From Naegleria gruberi (Eukaryota): a stretch of 64,000 bases of DNA. Location: assembly GCA_000004985.1 (NCBI GenBank), contig GG738903.1, one strand, 5' to 3'. Positions 57,001 to 64,000 of this stretch are shown piece by piece. The translations under genes were made by a program, and so were the position numbers. The notes beneath the pieces were generated by a model, which worked only from the letters and a program-made list of their open reading frames with translations, did no database searches and had not been told where the DNA came from. Within the stretch, counting starts at the first letter, position 1; every line of letters starts with the position of its first letter.

Positions 57001-60000
57001 TAACAATACCAAGAATAAGATTTTGTAATAGAAGAAACGAAAGGATCATCACTTTCTAATGCAATTGTTAACTTTCCTGAATTTAGAGAAATAGTTCTGT
57101 TAACATTAGTTAATCTCAAGTCAATTGAATTGATTGGTGACTTTTTGATAGGATAGTCGATATTTAGAGTTGATTTAGATTCCCTATGCGTACCTATTAC
57201 CTTAAAAGTTGACAAATTTTCTTGTGGAATTCTTATCATTTGCTTATTAGAAAGCTCTGTATTTATCATTCCAGATACATCATACGAAAGTGAAGTATTT
57301 AATGACAGAGGAGATACTTCAAATAAACAATTATATCCTTTACATTCAAGATTATCAATCAAAACATTAAAGGAAGGAATAAGTTGTCCTTCTGGGTTGA
57401 CTTGAAGATTTTTAACACTTGAAGTCGAAATATACTTCTCATTAGTCGTATTCATCACAATATCGAATACATTCGGAATATCTTTCAATATACTCTTTGG
57501 AATACTAATAACTGTCTTGTTTGCATAATTGACCAAGGTGGAAGAAACAGTTTCAATGGAGGAAGACCAAATTTGAGAAATTTTCTTGAAATGATGATAT
57601 GAAGGTGGAATGTATGATCTGATAATCAAGTCCTGAGAGGATGGAATCAAATCTACGAGTTGCTGAATGGATGGAGTGGAAGGAGTTTGAGGAATTTCAA
57701 AGTCAACTTGGAGTTGAATTCCAAATGTTGTCTTGATAATTGAACCAGTTTCAATTAGATGATTATATCCTAAATAAATCTTGAGATTATTTCTTCTCCA
57801 TTGACATTTAAGCAAGTCAACTTGACCAAATTTGGAAATATCATTTTCTTGAATGAAATTTTCACATCCTTCAACTACAGATTCATTCAAAAACATGTTC
57901 AATACATTAGAATAGGAATAAATTATAGCATTATCAACATCCATTTGAACACTGAGATATTGACATTCATTTCCAACGAAACCTTTCAAACATTCACAAT
58001 TGTTTGGAGATTTACATTGGCCATTACCTGAACATACATTTGAATCAATTTCTGACTTGGAATAGCAAACATTGTATTGACAGTTTCCTCCTGTGAATCC
58101 AGTTTTGCATGAGCATTCGTCTGGTTTCAGACATTTACCCTTTCCAGAACAAACACTTTCGTTATTCGAAAGAACTCCATTACATTTGGCCAGAGAACAT
58201 TCTAAACCGTTCCAACCATTATTACATGTGCAATTATTGTAACTAGAGCATTTGCCATGACCAGAGCAAACATTTGGCATGTCAAAAGTCAGAGAATAAC
58301 ATTTGATTTTGTCACATTTGTCTCCACCCCATTCTTCTGAGCAAGTACAAGTACCACTAGTTAAGCATTGATAACCATTTTGACAAATGCTCTTATTAAC
58401 CCTTGAACAATTGAAAATGTCACAATCCAAACCAAAATAACCCAATTGACATTCACAAACATCTGGAGATTGACATGTGCCAGAAGCAGAGCAAACAGAT
58501 TGATTCAAACTTGATACACCAAAACAATCAAATAAATCACATAAACTTCCTCCATATCCTGAATCACATTTACAAATAGCAATTCCAGTTTCGTTTAAAC
58601 AAGTTCCATTTACACATTGTAAAGTACATGGATTTGGAATTTCACAATTGTATCCATAGTGGCTTGATTTACATGCACAAGTGTCTTTGTCTGTACAATT
58701 ACCGTGACCAGAACAAACTGTAGAGTTGAGTGAATTCACTCCATAACAGTTGAATTTTTCACATTCTTTTCCATAGTAACCTTCTTGACATGTGCAGTTA
58801 TCAAGTGATGAGCAGATTCCTCTTGATGAACAAACTGAAAGTGAGTCTTGAGCCTTTCCATAACAATCAAATTTTTCACAATTTTGTCCATAGTAAGGTT
58901 TTGTACAATTACATGTATCGATATTGGAACAATTACCATGTGATGAACAAACATCCTTCTTATCATTTCTTACACTGAAACAATCATAATACTGACAACT
59001 TTCTCCATAGAAACCTTGTTGACAAGAACAATTATTCAATGAGAGACACACTCCTTTTCCAGAACACACATTCGAATTGAGTGAGCTAACATTATAGCAA
59101 TTAAACTTTTCACACTCTTTGCCATAATAACCTTCCTTGCATGTGCAGTTATCAAGAGAAGAGCAGATACCTCTTGCTGAACAAACATCTCCCATATCAT
59201 TTCTGATACTAAAACAATCATAATATTGGCATCTTTCTCCATAGAAACCTTGTTGACAGGTACAGTTATTCAGGGAGACACAAACTCCCTTTCCAGAACA
59301 AACAGTTGAGTTGAGTGAGGAAACATTATAGCAGTTGAATTTTTCACATTCTTTTCCATAATAACCTTCTTGACATGTACAATTATCAAGTGATGAGCAG
59401 ATTCCTCTTGAAGAACAAACTGAAAGTGAGTCTTGAGCCTTTCCATAACAATCAAATTTTTCACAATTTTGTCCATAATAAGGTTTTGTACAATTACAAG
59501 TGTCAATATTTGTGCAATTACCATGTGATGAACAAACATCTCTCTTATCTTTTCTAACACCATAGCAATCGAATAATTCACAATTGCTTCCATAAAACCC
59601 TTGTTGGCAGGTACAATTGTTAGCAGAAACGCAACTTCCTTTTCCTGAACAAACTGTAGAGTTGAGTGAATTCACTCCATAACAGTTGAATTTTTCACAT
59701 TCTTTTCCATAATATCCTTCTTGACATGTGCAGTTATCAAGTGATGAGCAGAATCCTCTTGAAGAACAAACTGAAATCGAATCTTGAGCCTTTCCATAAC
59801 AATCAAATTTTTCACAGTTTGTTCCATAGTAAGGTTTTGTACAATTACATGTATCGATATTGGAACAATTACCATGTGATGAACAAACATCCTTCTTATC
59901 ATTTCTTACACTGAAACAATCGTAATACTGACACTTTTCTCCATAGAAACCTTGTTGACATGTACAATTATTCAATGAGAGACAAACTCCCTTTCCTGAG

Positions 60001-61612
60001 CAAACATTCAAACTAGTGTTCTTGACACCAAAGCAAGAAACTAATTCACAGTTACTTCCATGATATCCTTCAGAGCATGAACAATTGTTAGGAGAAACAC
60101 ATCGACCTTTCGAATAGGAACAAACTTCTGGACTAGTGGCCAAAATATTCGAACATTTAGGAACGTTACAATTGGAACCACCATACATTTCGGTACAGTT
60201 ACAAACTCCAGGTGCTAGACAATTTCCATTTCCTGAACATACGCTTGGAGAATTTGCCAAAACATTTCCACATTTGTGAATGTCACAATTTTGACCTCCC
60301 CAAAAAGTTGAATTCCAACATGAGCAATTATTTGCATAGACACATGTACCAATTCCAGAACAAACACTAGTATCATTAGCCATTATATTATTACATTTAG
60401 GAATTTCACAAAATTCTCCTCCCCAAAGTGAACTATTGAAACAATTACAAATGTCAAAATTCAAACAAACACCTCTTCCAGAACAGACATCTCCACTATA
60501 TTGGGGATAACCGAAACATACAGCTACACATTCATTCATAGTAGCATTGTATACATAACCTCCTGTGCAATAAGGTTCAATTTTTCTAATACGGAGATTA
60601 CCAGTATCTTTTTCAAAGTATTCGAAATATAAATTCTTCACTACTACTTACCAAGAATAAAAATATGACCTTCTGAACTAACATCCACATCATAGGTATT
60701 ATTCATCTTTACCAAATCACTTCCAGGAGTTTTAGCAACGCCTGAAAATAATGAAATTGTAGCTAAATTTTGGGTACCAGTAGTTCCATAAGAAAATTTC
60801 ACAACACGAACAACATGATTTCCTCTGTCAGCAATGTAAAGATCCTTGTTGGGTCCATAAGCAACTCCAGTAGGTGCGTTATACAAGGCATTGAATGCAC
60901 TGCCATCGGCATAACCAGCAGACCCAACACCTAAATAGGAAGTAGCTCCAGAGCCTGTCCTAATTAAACGATGAGTACCTGGTTCAGCAAAAGTCATTTC
61001 AGTACTAGAAAAGGCTGCGACTCCAGCGGATAGAGAACCTTGTACAATAAGTTGCTGAGTAGAGATGAAATTATTAGCTTTCGTATACTTTCTAACTCTG
61101 TAATTCAATGAATCTGAAAAGTAAATATTGCCATTTGGAAGTGAGGTAACATATTTCGGCTGATTTAGGTATGCATTTGTAGGGAGGGTATTCAAATCAT
61201 TGGCAACACCAGAAACTCCACATTTTCCAATAATTGTTTTAATCTGTCCATTGCTTACTTCTCTAATGACATGATTTAAAGTGTCAGCAATCAATAACTT
61301 TCCTTCTGATGTAACACATATACCACCTGGATAATTCAGCATGGCACCTGTAGCTGTAGTATTAGTGTCGTTTCCAGCAATTCCAGTTCCTGCCACGATT
61401 GTTACTTTCAATGTTGTCAAATCTAATCTTTTCACAAGGTGGTTTTTGGAATCTGAAATGAAAAGTTCATTATTATTACCAACAGCAATTCCTTCAGGAG
61501 AGTTGAAACCTTGTAGGTAGATGTGAGTGATGTTGTACAGAGGTGCAATAGAGTTGACTAAACTCAAGTGCAATAGTATTAGAAACAAGACGAAAGTAAT
61601 GAGTCTTGCCAT
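54006..61612 (-). CDS. Probable single receptor-kinase gene encoding signal peptide, NHL-repeat beta-propeller, about 40 tenascin-type EGF repeats, a TM helix and a protein kinase. Proposed exon 1 is 60652..61612 and exon 2 is 54006..60607, with a 44-nt intron at 60608..60651 (GTAAGT..AAG). Alternatively the two ORFs are joined by a 1-nt assembly indel.
   Basis: Exon 1 has signal peptide 'MARLITFVLFLILLHLSLVNS' and NHL units such as 'LYIADRGNHVVRVV'. It ends at '...FILG' followed by a GTAAGT donor. The big ORF begins with no signal peptide ('...DTGNLRIRKIEPYC') and its ORF-track start is a GTG. TM segment 'ALAAAIAVPVAFVVILIIIIVIILLICIVW'. Kinase motifs 'AIKIVK', 'IKHSNLLI', 'SDFGYG' and 'SPEI'. 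Confidence 0.7.
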
Positions 61613-62250
61613 TTTTTCTTATTGTATCTTCAATATTTGTTAAACAAGGTTGCGTGATATTCAATGGAGATACTGTAGTACAACATTCTTTCAATTTTGA
61701 CATGTTTCGTGTTAAATCACATGGATATAAATTGCTCAATTTTAGTCCGTTACTGCATCATACTTTTGCTTGAATTGTACTTTGCGGATTAGCGTTTGTA
61801 ATCTTTTATGAATTGAGTGCCAATGGATTTCTCTCAAATTTCCATTTTTGAAAAATAACCGATTTGGCATCTGCTTGTCATGACAAGTATTTGTTACAGG
61901 CAACAAGAAGGATTGCGTTATTGGTTTTTCCTTGTTTCAATTTTTATAGACTCGCACTAATTAAGGATGATTCAGTGTGTCAAAGACAATTGACTATTTA
62001 ACCAAGTTGAAAAAAACAAGATGAGAAAAGAAAAGCATTCTTGATAAAGGTTGTAATCACTCTCAGGGAGGGAAAACGAACATTGAAGAAGGTAACCCTT
62101 TGCAATAATTGTGTTTATCTTCAAATTTTAACTGAGAACAAGTAGATGAGGGAATTTATGAATAATGAGTTTAATAATGAGTTTAAGAAGGTGAATGGAT
62201 AGTGGTAAATACTGGCACTAGGTTTTTTATTTGTAATCGTAAGTTTTCAA

Positions 62251-62801
62251 TTATTCTGCAGCAACAACTGGTGGAACTTCTTCAGCAACTGGTTGAACAG
62301 GTTCTTCGTTCTTGGTTCTCACAGCTAGAACCAATTCTTCATTCATTGCTCTTAAGCTATTAACTTCATCATTCAAACTTTTAATCTTGTTATCATTTTC
62401 TTTTAAAAAGTTGTTTTCAATCAAAGTATTCGAAATGGCTACAACTTACCTTTGAGCATTCTTTCAAACTTCTTCTCCAATAAGTAAACCTGTTCTTGAA
62501 GGAAATCTTGACTTGTAATTTCAGTCTTTTCCAATTTCAAACACTTGGTTCCAATGGTGAGTTCAATGACTCCTTGAGTTTCGTCTGAAATCTTGACTGA
62601 AACAAGTCCACTTACCAATTGAGTAAAAACCTTTGTATTGATGACTTCAAGAGGACAATTGCCATTCATATACTTGACAGAATTTTCAAAGTCAATCAAG
62701 AATACTTTTCCAGATTGTTGGGATGAGAAAGATTCATGATAGGCAAATCTGAATTTTGAGTTGTTGGATTCAAGGCAAGCATAGTGGGTTGGGGAAGACA
62801 T
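62251..62801 (-). CDS. Small protein with a PH/EVH1-like fold and a C-terminal coiled-coil. Two exons: 62450..62801 and 62251..62397. The intron is 62398..62449 (52 nt, GTAAGT..AAG).
   Basis: Exon 1 ends 'LKG' at a GTAAGT donor. Exon 2 reads '...ENDNKIKSLNDEVNSLRAMNEELVLAVRTKNEEPVQPVAEEVPPVVAAE*' in the correct phase. Confidence 0.4.
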
Positions 62802-63254
62802 TCTTATTTGGTTCGGGAAGTTGTGATGTGTCGGTTGTTGAGTTGAGTTTCTTTAGGATGGCGTTTGTTTTTTTACTATTATTTAACCAAAACGTGATAA
62901 ACACAACCTCCATTCTAAACCATTAGAAAGGTGCTTGAGTAAAGTAACAGAAACGTGCTTTCTAATAATAATTCATTAATAACATTGTTTTCAATAAACT
63001 TGTTATAATTTTCTCTTTGAATCAGAGATGAAAATCTGTTGAAACTCAACTAACTATTGTAAATATCACGTTTGAACCAAATATACTTATCACGTTTACT
63101 AATAATACAATTATTACAATAACTTCACGTTCCAGAAATCTTTAAATAAACAAACACCCATCGAAAGAAAACAAAACTCAACAACAAAAAAGTGTTTCAA
63201 ATTCCAAGAACTTACTACAATCCAAATGCAAGATCAGAAACTGAAGATCGTTTC

Positions 63255-64000
63255 ATGAGACTTGGTCATCTAATTGACTGGCTCAGAATTCAAGTTCTTG
63301 CCCCTTCAAATGTTGGTAAAAGTAGTTTCATCATGACTATTCACTCTGCCATAAAGGGAATGAGAGAGAAACCAACAGGATTGGAAGTTAGAGTTTCAGG
63401 TGGAGCAGATCATACTACCATGAGTGTTAATAATTATCCACTTACTGAGAAGATCTCAATCAATGATATTTTTGGTTGGGATTTCAATTCAGATAATTTG
63501 CAAGTTGATCGTTTTAAATGTTTATTGGAAGGTATGCTTAAATTTGGTCAATCAAAGAATGATCCAAGTGTTAGTGAAAGTGATCTTTCGAGAGCAAGCA
63601 ATGCTGTATTATTAATGTTGACATTTGAAGATTGTTTCACACCTGGTTTCTTGGAAAAACTCAAAGTTTTGCACGACAGTGCCAGAGAAATGGGAAGAGT
63701 TGTTGCCTTTGCTATTACCAAATTGGATACTATTGCTGATGATACTAAAATTCAACAATTTAATGATTCAGTTGATCCAGAAACAGCTCAGAACTTTCTT
63801 TTAAATAGTTCTGCTTTTAAGAGATGTTCAGAAAGGATTCAACAAGTTATTAGCGGTCAAGCCTGCTGTTATCCACTTGTAAATTATCAGAATCATCAAC
63901 AGTCAACTATTAGAAAGTTGGATTATCTTGCTGGAAGTATTGTTGAGGGAATTTTGATTCAACTTGAAAGAGAAAGTATGTTGATTGATACCAGCTCTGA
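63255..64000 (+). CDS. P-loop NTPase-like protein, possibly an IRG/GBP-like or other GTPase. Partial: it runs off the window end.
   Basis: Open frame from the ATG at 63255 to the window end with no stop. 'VLAPSNVGKSSFIMT' is a Walker-A-like motif. It is absent from the ORF track only because it has no stop inside the window. Confidence 0.4.
   Translation, partial: MRLGHLIDWLRIQVLAPSNVGKSSFIMTIHSAIKGMREKPTGLEVRVSGGADHTTMSVNNYPLTEKISINDIFGWDFNSDNLQVDRFKCLLEGMLKFGQSKNDPSVSESDLSRASNAVLLMLTFEDCFTPGFLEKLKVLHDSAREMGRVVAFAITKLDTIADDTKIQQFNDSVDPETAQNFLLNSSAFKRCSERIQQVISGQACCYPLVNYQNHQQSTIRKLDYLAGSIVEGILIQLERESMLIDTSS

Noticed and set aside
60639-60652. An 8- or 11-nt mini-intron (gtaagtag / gtaagtagtag) joining the NHL and EGF ORFs.
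   Set aside because: That is too short for spliceosomal splicing. The other introns I could place here are 44-73 nt. A 44-nt intron ending AAG, or a 1-nt indel, explains the junction better.
1-64000. CRISPR arrays, rRNA genes and prokaryotic operon structure.
   Set aside because: None are present. The tandem repeats are coding (EGF, DUF4116-like) or microsatellite, and the gene structures are eukaryotic.

Overview
The window is 64 kb of AT-rich (roughly two-thirds A+T by eye) eukaryotic nuclear DNA with about 30 closely packed protein-coding genes on both strands, two tRNA genes and one young transposable element. There are two assembly gaps (N runs at 3064..3642 and 6088..7021). Nothing looks prokaryotic: no operons, rRNA or CRISPR.

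Gene structure: long single-exon ORFs dominate (up to 6.6 kb). I could place a few short spliceosomal introns of 44-73 nt with GTAAGT/GTATGT...AG borders. The genetic code looks standard: long ORFs avoid all three stop codons and TAA is the usual terminator. The supplied ORF track starts many ORFs at TTG or GTG, so its start coordinates are not reliable; I re-derived ATG starts where I could.

Organism: I cannot place it from sequence alone. Asn/Gln homopolymer tracts inside proteins, A/T-ending codons, short GTAAGT introns and a Zn2Cys6 transcription factor outside fungi are all compatible with an amoebozoan (dictyostelid-like) protist. That is inference, not identification.

Recognisable genes:
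- cytosolic Hsp70
- a multi-exon xanthine dehydrogenase that is interrupted by a gap, an in-frame TAA and a probable frameshift
- an ABCC-type ABC transporter
- a Ras-like GTPase
- a divergent G-alpha-like protein
- an ankyrin-repeat DHHC palmitoyltransferase
- a calcineurin-like metallophosphoesterase
- an RGS-domain protein
- two tRNAs, Leu-CAA and His-GUG

The most unusual content is a set of apparently lineage-specific signalling and surface proteins:
1. A probable single gene encoding signal peptide, NHL beta-propeller, about 40 tenascin-type EGF repeats, a TM helix and a C-terminal protein kinase. It is currently split into two ORFs by a 44-nt intron or a 1-nt indel.
2. A class-3 lipase fused to a long EGF-repeat stalk and a C-terminal TM anchor.
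3. Two protein kinases carrying arrays of a 34-aa DUF4116-like repeat, one with near-identical 102-bp tandem repeats and a decayed 5' repeat region.
4. A myristoylated P-loop NTPase of unknown family.
5. A two-member paralogous family of unknown function.

A 707-bp MITE with perfect 60-bp terminal inverted repeats and an 8-bp target-site duplication sits inside the 3' coding end of the RGS gene and has replaced its original C-terminus.

Several frame disruptions in otherwise good genes suggest draft-assembly indels or pseudogenisation. Every functional call here comes from motif recognition by eye. None has been checked against a database.
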